A stretch of DNA of 64,000 nucleotides. It comes from Octopus vulgaris. Its lineage: Eukaryota. Positions 24,356 through 38,269 of this stretch are shown piece by piece. The position numbers were made by a program, and so were the translations under genes. The number at the start of each line of letters is the position of its first letter. Position 1 is the stretch's first letter. The stretch spans positions 11,222,001 to 11,286,000 of the forward strand of contig OX597819.1 in the NCBI GenBank assembly GCA_951406725.2, written 5' to 3'. The notes under the pieces are model-generated. The model made no database searches. It saw only the letters and a list, made by a program, of their open reading frames with translations, and was not told where the DNA came from.

Positions 24356-24568
24356 CTTTTCTACTCTAGGGACAAGGCCCGAAATTTTGGGGAGGAGGCC
24401 AGTCGATTAGATCGACCCCAGTACGCAACTAGTGCTTAATTTATCAACCCCGAAAGGATGAAAGGCAAAGTTGACCTCGGTGGAATTTGAACCTAGAACG
24501 TAAAGACAGACGAAATACTGCTAAGCATTTCGCCCGGCGTGCTAACGTATCTGCCAGTTCGTCGCCTT
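24356..24568 (-). mobile_element. SINE family D (Nin/Deu-domain-like)
   Basis: GGCAGATACGTTAGCACGCCGGGCG head; GCCTTTCATCCTTTCGGGGT.GATAAA central domain. Confidence 0.8.
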
Positions 24569-26856
24569 ACAAGTTCCATGATATCAAAATAAAGATGTAG
24601 TCGAGAACGAAGAGGGCAGTTTTAGGTTTTAAAGTTTGCTTAAAATATAGGTTGTGAGAGCGGAACAGGACTTAAGAAGAGCTTGGGTTTGCTGGTAAGA
24701 AAACTAAATAAGTATTTGAGAATTGAAATTGTCGCACTTTGATCGGATGAACCTTGGCTACTTCTTCTGTGACCATCACTTTAATCTATATTGGACGATG
24801 GAAAGAATGCAGAATGTTCAGACTCAAACACAGCTGCCCATACGATTAATGTTGGCGGATGGGAATGACCAGTATGGTCCTCAGCTTGGTGACATCATAA
24901 GGACACTTGGAATCGATGATCTGTGAGTGAAAGTTAGTCGTTCGGTCGACTGATTGGATGTCATAGGGCTGACCTCGCACAACACAGCAACAACAGCAAC
25001 AGCACCAGCAAGAACAACAACAACAACAACAAGAAACAACAAACAAGAAACAACAACAACAGCAAGCAATAACAGTAAAACTAAAACGATGACAGCAGAG
25101 AACTGTTTTGTTCTTGTGATTTCATCGGACAGGAGTAAATGAATTCATGTCATTCATAAGCTCTGATACAACTAATGTACGATTTGAACACCTGTAAATT
25201 GATAAGAGACCCATGATAAAAGATATTCCAGCCGTGACCATTCCTCTCGATTTCGCAGAGCTTTTCTCATTGGTATATAATAGAAGACAGTTGTGAATAA
25301 TACCAATTTTCATTTAATGAATGACTTGAAGTGCTTTTATGATTTAGTCAAAGAACAACCGGCAACACCAATGACCTTATTACAGAACCTCCGAGAATTG
25401 TATGAAGACAAGTGGAAGATCTTAATAGTCTCAGGACAGATATGTTAATATTCGATACATGTCACCAAGAACCAGGTGGAGGAATTGAACCGGGAAACAA
25501 ATTAAAGTCAGTTATATATTTAAGAGATGAGGAATTTCTCCAAGACATTGATGAAGGCTGGAGGGTACATCAGCCGAAACGTTGTGTCAACAACAAACAA
25601 GATGAGGACAAATATCCGTCAAATATAAGGTTTGTAAATTAAAGTCTGTCACACAAGAAGAGCTACATCAAAGCAGCTACTCGTAAATACATCTATGGAC
25701 AAGAAGGCTGTTAAACTGGGAGGTCGATCGACTGAGTCTGGCACCAAAACGAAAAAGAAAATAGGGCAAGAGAGTGGTCTCCGTTGAATACACCCAACTA
25801 GGGACTAAGAGGCAACTGTCAGAGAGGGAGGCGAAATATGTCTAATTCCCTTCGCGCCAAAACAGGCATATTCCAACCGACGGAATTCTATATATTTTCA
25901 TGTAAACCTGATTTCATTTACAAAGCTTGGGTTAACTCATCGAGACTAAAGGAGAAGATATTCACTGAAAGGAAATCCGCAGTGGAATCGAACGCAAGAC
26001 GACGTGATAGCGAAACGAATTTATTACCACGAATATGTATGTCGAATAAGTAAGAGACGCTCAGATAACACATAATATAGATTTGGTGAAGACATTTCAA
26101 TGGAATTTGTGATTAAAAAGTGTTGATTAGTGAGTGTAAAAATAGGGAGATAAAGAGAAAGTTGTGTGTTAGAATGAACAAATAAGGAAGTTGTGTGAAA
26201 GGTGTGTATGGAAGACTATAAATAGAGAAGTATGGAAGGCTATAAATAGTGAAGTGTGATAGAATTAGATAAGATAAAAGGAATCTCGCATAAAAGGAAT
26301 ATTTAGGCAAGAATAGTTGATGCGGTTGACGTTTGTGGTTAAAGCTAAACTAATACGGTGTTACTGGGGTGGGCGGGGTGCTTGTGGTGGCGGTCGTGGT
26401 AGGAGGGACGGGACTGTTGTATTACATCAAGGAGCATATCTGTTGTGATGTCTGGAGAAGGTGGTGGAGTAGTGGATGGGGATGAAAGAAGAAGAAGAGG
26501 TTCCTTTATATGTGAAGAAGGTGGCTTAACAACAACAACAACAACAACAATAACAACAACAATAACAAAAACAACGACGATCACTGTACAAGTGGTATAA
26601 CATAGCAGAAGGGGTAGGAGTAGGGTTTAGGTGTCTAGTGTTGGAGAATAGAGAGGGAGGGAGGAAAAGTGGCGAAAGAGAAGGAGAGATAGAGAGAGAG
26701 AGAGAGAAATAGGCACAGAGAAAAAGAGTGAAAAAGAGAGAAAGAGAGAGAGAGAAATAGAGAAAGAAAAAGTCAAAGAATGAGAGAACGAAAGAGAGGA
26801 AAGAGTGTTGGTTGGCAGTTATGTAAATGGGAGGAAGAGTGAGAGTATCATACGGA

Positions 26857-26898
<42 letters not shown>

Positions 26899-26902
26899 AG
26901 TG

Positions 26903-27233
26903 AAGGTACGTGGTTTAGTGGTTAGGAGCATTCGGATCACGATCGTAAGGTAGCGAGTTCGAATCCCGGCGACGCGTCGTGTCCTTGAGCAAGACACTAA
27001 ATTTCGCATTGCTCCAGTCTCCGCTCAGCTGGCAAAAACCGAGTTGTACCTGTAATATAAAAGGGGGTCAGACTTGTCACATTCTGTGTCACACTGAATC
27101 TCCCCTAAAAAACTGCATCAGGGGTACGCGTGTCTGTGGAGTACTCAGCCAGTTGCACGCTAATTTCACGAGAATGCTGCTGTTTCGTTGATCGGATCAA
27201 CTGAAACACTTGCCGTCGCAACCGACGGAGTAC
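26903..27233 (+). mobile_element. SINE family C (tRNA head, CORE-like GTCCTTGAGCAAGACAC, family B-type tail)
   Basis: TGGTTTAGTGG A box, GTTCGAATCC B box, tail CGTCGCAACCGACGGAGT. Confidence 0.75.
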
Positions 27234-27518
27234 CAGTTTTGCATGCATGTATGTATGTATGCATGTGTGCGTGCTTGTGTGTGTGTGTGTATGCATGCAT
27301 GTATGTATATATACATACATATGTATATGTATATGTATGTGTGTGTGTGTATGTGTATGTATATATATATTTATATTTATATATATATATATATATGTAT
27401 GTGTATATATATATATATATATAAACTGTACTTGGAGAAGAAGAAACGAAACGAAACGAATCGAATCGAATCGACGCGAGGGCGCTCAGTAATACAATAG
27501 TGTAATAAATAAAATATA

Positions 27519-27596
<78 letters not shown>

Positions 27597-27804
27597 AAAT
27601 AGAATATTATAAATAAGGGTATCTAAGAGATACCACCATGCTTGAAATAGCAGTCAAAACCTGACTCTAAAACCACATCACTTTATTTAATTTGCTTTGC
27701 GGGAGCAACTGTTTTATCGAAAGCCTATATTGTGAAAAGACAAATAGATAAATAAACTAGTAAAAAATTGGATAATTCCAATGAAATATACCAAGAATTG
27801 TACA

Positions 27805-27969
27805 GGCGCAGGAGTGGCTGTGTGGTAAGTAGCTTGCTAACCAACCACATGGTTCCGGGTTCAGTCCCACTGCGTGGCAACTTGGGCAAGTGTCTTCTGC
27901 TATAGCCTCGGGCCGACCAATGCCTTGTGAGTGGATTTGGTAGGCGGAAACTGAAAGAAGCCTGTCGTA

Positions 27970-28064
<95 letters not shown>

Positions 28065-28244
28065 CTGTGTTTGTCCCCCTAGCATTGCTTGACAACCGAT
28101 GCTGGTGTGTTTACGTCCCCGTCACTTAGCGGTTCGGCAAAAGAGATAGTACTGGGCTTACAAAGAATAAGTCCCGGGGTCAATTTGTTCGACTAAAGGC
28201 GGTGCTTCAGTCAAATGACTGAAACAAGTAAAAGAGTAAAAGAG
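27805..28244 (+). mobile_element. SINE family A, near full length
   Basis: GGCGCAGGAGTGGCTGTGTGG head, internal (TA)n(TG)n, tail GACTGAAACAAGTAAAAGAG. Confidence 0.9.
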
Positions 28245-28477
28245 AGAGAGTAAACCTATAAGATTTGATCGTTATTTCAATAACGATCTTATTCTTATTT
28301 ATATAGAAATTTATATATATGTTCACTTCATCATTAGATTTACTGTGGTGGCATTTTGACCATTTAGCACGAGGTATCTGAGTGGATAACTGAACAGGTC
28401 GTGTATATACGGGCATATATATGTATATACACGTACGTATACATGAGTGTTCGTATGTTTGTGTATATATATACATA

Positions 28478-28639
28478 GGCGCAGGAGTGGCTGTGTGGTA
28501 AGTAGCTTGCTAACCAACCACATGATTCCGGGTTCAGTCCCACTGCGTGGCATCTTGGGCAACTGTCTTCTGCTATAGTCCCGGGCCGACCAATGCCTTG
28601 TGAGTGGATTTGGTAGACGGAAACTGAAAGAAGCCTGTC

Positions 28640-28705
<66 letters not shown>

Positions 28706-28923
28706 GTGTATGTTTGTGTGTTTGTGTTTTTCCCCCTAGCATTGCTTGAGAACCGATGCTGGTGTGTTTACGTCCCCGTCACTTAGCGGTTCGGCAAAAG
28801 AGACCGATAGAATAAGTACTGGGCTTACAAAGAATAAGTTCCGGGGTCGATTTGCTCGACTAAAGGCGGTGCTCCAGCATGGCCGCAGTCAAATGACTGA
28901 AACAAGTAAAAGAGTAAAAGAGT
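28478..28923 (+). mobile_element. SINE family A, full length
   Basis: Same structure as the 27805 copy, with internal (TG)n. Confidence 0.9.
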
Positions 28924-29246
28924 ATATATAAATATGTGCAATTCTTGTTATATCTCATTGACGAAGGCAAAGTATTTTTATACAAAGCCAGAAACCCAGG
29001 CTCTGGAATCATCCAATTTTGACTAGTTTTTTTTATCTGTTTGTCTTTTCACCTTGTACTGTATTGAATACACGATGTGGTTTTAGAGTCAGGTTTTGAC
29101 TGCTATTTCATGCATGATGGTATCTCTTAGATACCCTTATTTATAAATTTAATAATAATTATAACCTATAAGGTTTTTTCTTCCCATACTGCCGCTTGAT
29201 TTGATCGCTATTTAAAATATTGATCTTATTCTTATTTATATAAAAA

Positions 29247-29716
29247 CTAGCAGTATCTCCCGGCGTAACTCGGGTTTGTAAGGGAAATAACTATATAAGC
29301 ATTTTTAGAGATGTAAAGTATAATAGCCATCTCAATATGGTTAACCACAAAGGGGGGAGGGGTGTTACTGTAGATTTTTACGTTCTGAGATTTAATATAT
29401 GCCAAAATGCATTAAAAATGGAAAAAAAATGATGGTAATTTTTTTTTAAATCGTTGACTCATCGTAGACATTTTTAGAGAGTTACTTCCCTTATATAATA
29501 GCGAAAAAATGCATTAACATGGAAAAAAATGATGGTAAATTTTTTTTTAAATCGTAGACTCATCGTAGACGCGCGCTAATACCCAGAAGGGCTCGATATG
29601 TATCACGACTATAAGATACCCGGTTTTGGTTACACTGCACAGCAAAATGTGGGAGTAGTTAGGAATCTAAATCGTAGGAGACAGACAGCACACAACCTTA
29701 CTTTTATATATAAAGA
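29247..29716 (-). mobile_element. Non-autonomous Helitron (long variant)
   Basis: A|TC...CTAG|T ends on the minus strand; homologous to the 23372 copy with an extra internal segment. Confidence 0.85.
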
Positions 29717-29749
29717 TATATGTGTGTGCATATATATATATTGTTTTCT

Positions 29750-30030
29750 ATAGTTTCAGCTCAGAACTGTGGCCATGCTGGGGCACCGCCGTTTTGCTTC
29801 ACTGTTATTACTGAGAGCCTCCTCTAATATGTGGTATTTGGTGAAGAATGAAGTTTGATGTCGCTACTCTCATTTGCACATCTTGCCGTGAGGTAATTTC
29901 ATCTGGGAATCTCTACAGGGAGAGGTCCAGTTTTGATTTGAAAACACCTACATCTACTTTGTGTAGCTCTGTCAGGATCTTTGGGAGAATAGTAAAAAGC
30001 TGTGGGCCCCTGTGTATATGTGGGGCACAG
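29750..30030 (-). mobile_element. CR1-clade LINE 3' end
   Basis: RGPQLFTILPKILTELHKVDVGVFKSKLDL..FPDE, followed by a 3' tail GGCGGTGCCCCAGCATGGCCACAG. Confidence 0.75.
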
Positions 30031-30647
30031 GACGTCACGAAACGTGTACAACAACAAATACGAAGTACGAGTACGTGGAATATGAACAATTTTTTTGAAC
30101 AACGAAAGACACAAATGGAAAACAAGACAAACAACATAAAGAACCACCCTTCATCAGTTGTTGGTTGTTTTTCTACTCTCGTATTTCGATCATTTAACAA
30201 CAATATATGCTTTCGATAAAGCAGTTACTTTTGCAAAGCAAATTAAATAAATTTTGGGATTTTACGGAGGGTCAAAATTGGTGACACAAACAAATCTTTT
30301 TATCTTTTACTTGTTTCGGTCATTGGACTGTGGCCATACTGGAGTACCTCCTTGAAGGGTTTAGTCAAAAAAATTGACCCCAAGACTTATCTTTAAAGTT
30401 CGGTACTTATTCTATCGGATCCGTAAACAAACCAGCACTGCTTCTAAGGCGATGGAGAGACAAGCACCTCACAAAAACATAGATATACGTAGGTATACAC
30501 ACACACATACACAAACACATAAACGACGGGCTTATTGCAGCGTCCCTTCAGTTTTTCTAAGCCCTGTAAAAGAACTCGGAAAGTTGGGCCTCCAACTAGG
30601 CCTTTCCCGATACCCTTAAAGCCAGGAACTTTTCAACACCCCTTCAA

Positions 30648-31281
30648 GCATACATACATACATACACACATGCATACATACATACATACATACATACATA
30701 CATACATACATACATACATACATACATACATACACACACACATACATACATACTTACACACACACACACATACATACATACATACATACATACATACATA
30801 CATACATACATACATACACACACACATACATACATACATACATACATACATACATACATACATACATACATACATACTCACACACATACATACATACATA
30901 CATGCATACACACATGCATACATACATACATACACATACACACATACATACATACATACACACACACATACATACATACATACATGTATACATACATACA
31001 TACACACACACACACATATACATACATACACACATGCATACACACACACATACATACATACATACATACATACATACATACATACATACATACATACACA
31101 CACACATATACATACATACACACATGCATATACACACATACATACATACATACATACATACATACATACATAAATACATACATACAAACATACATACATA
31201 CATACATACATGCATGCATGCATACATACATACATACATACATACATACATACATACACATACACACATACATACATACAT

Positions 31282-31314
<33 letters not shown>

Positions 31315-31422
31315 TACATACATACATATATAAATACATACATACATACATACACACATACATACATACATACATGCATACACACATGCATACATACATA
31401 CATATAAATAAATAAATAAATA

Positions 31423-31464
<42 letters not shown>

Positions 31465-31465
31465 A
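30648..31465. repeat. (TACA)n/(CA)n compound microsatellite
   Basis: Direct reading. Confidence 0.95.
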
Positions 31466-31599
31466 TATATCAGAAGCAGAGGAAGTTCCAATAGAAAGGA
31501 AGACGGAGGAAGAAAATCGCCAACGATTCACATGTGGCTACATTATATATAAGGCCTTTCGCGACACCCTTAAAGTCAGGAACTTTTTAACACCCCCGT

Positions 31600-31650
<51 letters not shown>

Positions 31651-31661
31651 ACACACACACA

Positions 31662-31835
31662 CGAGGGGGTGCTGAAAATACAGGAAGATCAGTTGATCAT
31701 GATTTTATTCAACATATTCCCATCTCAGCGGTCCTCCAGTTTTTCTAAACCCTGTAAAAAGGACTCGGAAGGCTGGGCCACAAACCAGACCTTTCGCGAC
31801 ATCCCGAAAGCCAGGAATTTTTCAGCATCCTTTCG
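31662..31835. mobile_element. Mariner-like MITE
   Basis: CGAGGGGGTGCTGAAAA ... TTTTCAGCATCCTTTCG|TA termini. Further right-end fragments at ~30547-30646 and ~31550-31598. Confidence 0.6.
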
Positions 31836-31862
31836 TATGTGATAACAGTGGTATAGTATCTG

Positions 31863-32837
31863 TTTCTTTATTACCCACAAGGGGCTAAACATAGAGGGGA
31901 CAAACAAGGTCAGACAAACGGATTAAGTCGATTATATCGACCCCAGTGAGTAACTGGTACTTATTTAATCAACCCCGAAAGGATGAAAGGCAAGTCGACT
32001 TCGGCGGAATTTGAACTCAGAACATAACGGCAGACGAAATACCTATTTCTTTATTACCCACAAGGGGCTAAACATAGAGGGGACAAACAAGGACAGACAT
32101 AGGTATTAAGTCGATTACATCGACTCCAGTGCGTAACTGGTACTTAATTTATCGACCCCGAAAGGATGAAAGGCAAAGTCGACCTCGGCGGAATTTGAAC
32201 TCACAACGTAACGCAGACGAAATACCTATTTCTTTACTACCCACAAGGGGTTAAACATAGAGGAGACAAACAAGGACAGACAAACGGATTAAGTCGATTA
32301 CATCGACCCCAATGCGTAACTGGTACTTAATTTATCGACCCCGAAAGGATGAAAGGCAAAGACGACCTCGGCGGAATTTGAACTCAGAACATAACGGCAG
32401 ACGAAATACCTATTTCTATTTCTTTATTACCCACAAGGGGCTAAACACAGAGGGGACAAACAAGGACAGACATAGGTATTAAGTCGATTATATCAAACCC
32501 AGTGCGTAACTGGTACTTAATTTATCGACCGCGAAAGGATGAAAGGCAAAGACGACCTCGGCGGAATTTGAACTCAGAACATAACGGCAGACGAAATACC
32601 TATTTCTATTTCTTTATTACCCACAAGGGGCTAAACACAGAGGGGACAAACAAGGACAGACATAGGTATTAAGTCGATTACATCGACCCCAGTGCGTAAC
32701 TGGTACTTAGTTTGCCGACCCCGAAAGGATGAAAGGCAAAGACGACCTCGGCGGAATTTGAACTCAGAACGCAACGACAGACGCAATACCGCTAAGCATT
32801 TCGCCCGGTGTGCTAACGTTTCTGCCAGCTCGCCACC
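31863..32837 (-). repeat. Head-to-tail array of SINE family D: one head plus five ~180-190 bp bodies
   Basis: TTTCTTTA(T/C)TACCCACAAGGGG recurs at ~31863, 32046, 32228, 32419 and 32599. The 5' head is present only at ~32790-32837. Confidence 0.9.
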
Positions 32838-33420
32838 TTTTGGTATAGTATCGTTGTTAGTGACACCTCGATAATGGCGTCGGTAGTAGTGGTAGTGTTG
32901 ATCATAACGGTAATAGTGTTGCTATTGGTGGTGAGGATAGTGATGATGGTGGTAGTGGTAGTAGTAGTGACAGTGCTAAAAGCAGTAGTGTCAGCAGTAG
33001 TGCTGGTTGTGGTAGTAAGTGTACCACTTTTCGTTAGAGAGTAATCACAAGTGGAAGCGGGGTGGGGCAAGTAGGTCTTTAGAAAGAAAGGAAGTCTATT
33101 GCAGTATGTGGCGCCGAGCTCTGCCCCCTCCACAGGGTTGTGTTGGCGCCACAGGGGCTGACAGGGGTCCCTCTAGGGCTATTCTTACGTCGGGGCTGAT
33201 GCTGTTGGGGACAGGCTTTAGGTGTGGTTACGTCAATCTGTAGGTGTTTGTGTATAAGCGAGTGTCTGAGTTGCCATGGGTTTGTATATATATGTAGGGT
33301 AGGTGGGTATGTAGGTGGGTGGGTAGATAGGTGGATGGGTGGGTATGTAGGCGGGTGGGTAGGTAAATACATACATATATATACATACGTATACATACAC
33401 ACATATACATATATATATAT

Positions 33421-33493
<73 letters not shown>

Positions 33494-33615
33494 AGAGAGA
33501 GAGAGAGAGAGGGAGAAAAAGTGATTGGGGAAGAGGGAGAGACAACTATATGCATATTTCTTTGCATATGCATGTTTTATATACGTACATATGTATGTAA
33601 GTGTTTATATACATG

Positions 33616-33689
<74 letters not shown>

Positions 33690-33703
33690 CATACATATAT
33701 AAA

Positions 33704-33737
<34 letters not shown>

Positions 33738-34475
33738 CATAATTCATAAATGCATACATATATATATACATGCATTCATAAATACATATATATATACATG
33801 CATACATAATTACATATACATATATATATATACATACATACATACATACATACATACATACATACATACATACATACACACATGCATACATACATACATA
33901 CATACATGTGTCTGTGTATGTGTGTGTGCATGTATGTATGTATGTATGTATGAAAGGGCGGAGGAACTTATGTGAGTCAACGGTTATCCAACAGGGTGTA
34001 CATATGTATATATCGTGCACATGGGTGTATATATATAAAAAACTGGAAATTTATATTTTATATTCTTTACATATATTTATATTATCTTTTTGTTTATAAA
34101 TTCTTTATATATAAAAAGAAATCTCTAAATTCAGAATCTGGTGTTTCTAAAGCACCACTCTGTTAATTTTAAATGTCACCCTGAAGGTAGGTCTATTGAC
34201 CCCAAAGCAGAGGAAGTGCAGTGTAGTCTGCATCTTCTTACAAAATACAGTTTGTACAGGTTCTTCTCGTTCACATAACATCAGCAACGTGGTTGGCAGT
34301 AACCCCTAACAATGCAAAAACTTAATGAAAATGTCTTAATCAGATTCAGTAATTGGCAATAGCGGCCTGGGATGCAAAGGTAAACAGGCGTGGCCTGGCC
34401 TGGCAGGGGCTCCAGCTTGTCACACACAGGCTGTGCCTTGTGGTAAATGTATAAAATACTGTGACAAATCGTGGT

Positions 34476-34857
34476 ACTCCGTCGGTTACGACGACGAAGG
34501 TTCCAGTTGATCCCGATCAACGGAACAGCCTGCTCCTGAAATTAACGTGCAAGTGGCTGAGCACTCCACAGACAAGTGTACCCTTAAAACGTAGCTCTCG
34601 GGGAGATTCAGCGTGACACATGGTGTGACAAGGCTGGCCCTTTGAAATACAGGTACAACAGAAACAGGAAGAAAGAGTGAGAGAAAGTTGTAGTGAAAGA
34701 ATGCAGCAGGGTGCGCCACCACCCCTGCTGCCGGAGCCTCGTGGAGCTTTAGGTGTTTTTGCTCAGGAAACACTCACAACGCCCGGTCTGGGTATCGAAA
34801 ACGCAATCGTATGACCGCAAGTCTGCTGCCCTAACCACTGGACTATTGCACCTCCAC
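34476..34857 (-). mobile_element. SINE family B
   Basis: Reverse complement of the 39733 copy. Confidence 0.85.
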
Positions 34858-34908
34858 ACTGACAAATATATAAAATGGAAAGACAAAAAAAAAACCTTAT
34901 CAGCGTAA

Positions 34909-35660
34909 AATGAACTTGTCCTGTTGGAATGTGCGCACACTAAGTGATAAGAAGACAGGTAATCGTTTAGAATTCTGTACAACACTCAAAGAATCAAACG
35001 TTAAGACATTGATATAGCAGCTCTGGCTTGAACATGTCTCGACGATGCAGGACATCTTTCTGAAGATGGGAGCGGTTATTCTTTTCGAAAGGACTGCATG
35101 AGCGGAAGTGTAGTGAATCCGGTGTAGGTTTTGCGATAAAAAGTACAATTGTATCGTCACTTAAAGAATATTCTTGTGGTTTATCAGAACGAATTAGTTC
35201 TTGTCGCATAGAACTGAGGAATAACATGTCTCTCACCATTGAAAGCGTATATGCACCAACTGTGTCACACACCATAGAATCCGTAGAACTACACGAAAAG
35301 TGACTTGTATATCTATTGCAATCAATACCTCAAACTGCTAAACTAATAATTACGGGATATTTTAATGCCAGAGTATGAAATGATTTTCAAACTTGGCAAG
35401 TTCTTGGGAAAGACCGGCTTAGGAAAATGTAATCGTAATAGTTCAGTTGTGTTAACTTTCTGTACTGAACACAATCTTTCTATTTCTAGTCCCATTTTCA
35501 AACAGAAAGCTACTCGAATACATCCGAGGTCTAAGATTATCTTATTGCGCGCACAGCTGATCAAAAATACATTCTTAGTTTAGGCACAATGAATGAAGCA
35601 GAATGCTGGACTGATCATAGACTTTCACAGGCCAAAGTAGACTTGCATTTGAAGTGATAT
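34909..35660 (+). mobile_element. RTE LINE APE-endonuclease remnant
   Basis: Motifs MNLSCWNVRTL, DIAAL, SGVGFAIK, SVYAPT, GYFNARV, HPRSK and CWTDHRL in shifting frames. Confidence 0.8.
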
Positions 35661-35790
35661 AAGAGGTAAGCACCTTTTATAGTTCCTAATATGTAATTTA
35701 AAATCCTCTGTTTCATTCCAAAGTAATCAAAATGTAATAATTTGCATCATCCTCGAGGGGGACATACATACATACATACATACATACATA

Positions 35791-36070
35791 CATGGCGAAG
35801 TGGGTCTAAAATATTGGTTGCCAGGAGATTAAGGGGTCCCATCCGCAACTACAATGCTACTATTTATTTTTTTTTTTGTTAAAAGTATTCTTTCCAACTG
35901 CCTACAAACACAGCCAGGATGAAATAATTAATGCATTCTTTTTAGCGTTATTTCAAATTTGAGGGAATGGGCCCCTTAGATACTAACATGAGCCCCCCAT
36001 ATATGGATTCTAATGGCGCAGGGGCCCACTTGCCATCGGGCAAACTGGCAACCTGGCCAGTCTGTCACTG
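35791..36070. mobile_element. hAT-like MITE inserted in (TACA)n
   Basis: Right terminus CCAGTCTGTCACTG; degenerate left terminus CATGGCGAAGTGG; CATACATA on both sides (ambiguous inside the microsatellite). Confidence 0.45.
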
Positions 36071-36225
36071 CATACATACATACATATATACATACATGCG
36101 TACATGAAAACATATTGTAAACAAACACATTCACACACACATGAGAAATTAACGATAAACAGAAGCTAATATCATTTGTCCCAACGTACGAAGTGCATTT
36201 GCACGCTTAACTAGAACGGAACTTT

Positions 36226-36266
<41 letters not shown>

Positions 36267-36821
36267 GTATGTATGTATATGTGCGTATGTCTATATATAT
36301 GTGTGTGTGTATGTGTTAGTGTGGTATTAGTGCCAACTCCCGTATGACATTCAATATTGTCTTCTAACATCCGCTTGAAAACACGTCTGCATCATTAAAT
36401 TGCAATTATTGGTGTAGAATAACGACTGATGACAATAACAGGAGATGCAACAGCATCATTAAGATCATCATCATCATCTTCAACAACAGCAACAACAACA
36501 ACAACAACAAGTGTCTGTGGAACAGCTGCCACAACAACATTAAATGGTTCAAGAACGGAAACAGCAACAGGTGCAACGGAAAAGTGCAGCATTAGCAGTG
36601 GCGGCCATAAGTGCAGTAACGGCTAAAAGTGAAATTGCAACTGTAACAGAAACTGCTAATAACTCAGCAACAATAATGATGATGACAATAACAGAAGGAA
36701 AGTGCAGATGCAATTCTGCTTAGTGCAGAAGGAGTTAACAAAAAAATGGACTTGAGAGATGTCATGAATTCCAAACAAGAACAGCCAACGAGAGAGAAGA
36801 AACCCTACTCCGTATGGAATA

Positions 36822-36825
36822 ACAT

Positions 36826-36860
<35 letters not shown>

Positions 36861-36906
36861 CACATACATGCACACACACCACACACACACACACAAACAC
36901 AAACAC

Positions 36907-36961
<55 letters not shown>

Positions 36962-36966
36962 AACAC

Positions 36967-37045
<79 letters not shown>

Positions 37046-37131
37046 AACACACACACACAAACACAAACACACACATACAAACATGCACACACACACACGT
37101 ACAAACACAAACACACACACACGTACAAACA

Positions 37132-37196
<65 letters not shown>

Positions 37197-37197
37197 G
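36822..37197. repeat. (CA)n microsatellite with CAAA interruptions
   Basis: Direct reading. Confidence 0.95.
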
Positions 37198-37428
37198 TAC
37201 ATCTGCACTTTCAGAATTACATCAACTTTCTGGGTCACGCGTCTCACATTGTTACGGTGGAAGCTTCTTAGAATCACCGGTTTGGTCTCTCTTCTTGTAA
37301 ACCTCGAGTCTTTCCCTGAGGTTTCTCTGTTCTTCAGTCATATCCTCTCTTATTTCAGAGTTTTCTACATTATATTGATTGGCCAACCTCTCCTCCACTA
37401 CAATTTCATCTTGCATACGCATTCGTTG

Positions 37429-37758
<330 letters not shown>

Positions 37759-37976
37759 GGCGGCGGCGAGATAGTTGAATCGTTAGCACGCCGGGCAAAA
37801 TGGTTAGCGGCATTTTGTCTGCCTTTACATTCTGAGTTCAAATTCCGCTGAGGTTGACTTTGTTTTTCATGCTCTTGGGATCGATTAATTAAGTACCAAT
37901 TGATTAGTGGGGGTCGACATAATCAGTTAGTGCCCTCCCATCAATATTTCAGACCTTGTGCCTAGAGTAGAAAGGA
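37759..37976 (+). mobile_element. SINE family D, diverged
   Basis: GGCGGCGAG..CGTTAGCACGCCGGGC head and GAGTTCAAATTCC B box; flanked by ATT repeats. Confidence 0.8.
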
Positions 37977-38269
37977 TTATTATGATTATTATTATTGTTC
38001 CTTTTGTTGTTGTTGTTGTTGTTGTTACTGTCGCTGAGATTAAACATGGTGGAACGATTGAAAAGGCTTAGTTTCCTTCAACACCACAAACCTCCATGCT
38101 CAATGATCCCACCAAAAAACAACCCACCACCATCAACATCATCAGTATCACCACCACCATCACCCTCATCATCACTGCTACCACCATCACCAGCACTACC
38201 ACCATCACCAGCACTACCACCATCACCACCACCATCTCTATTGCAACACCTTCCAGGTAGTGGAAAACC

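Noticed and set aside
31863-32837. CRISPR-like regular repeats
   Set aside because: The units are whole ~180-bp SINE bodies without unique spacers; eukaryotic context with no cas genes.
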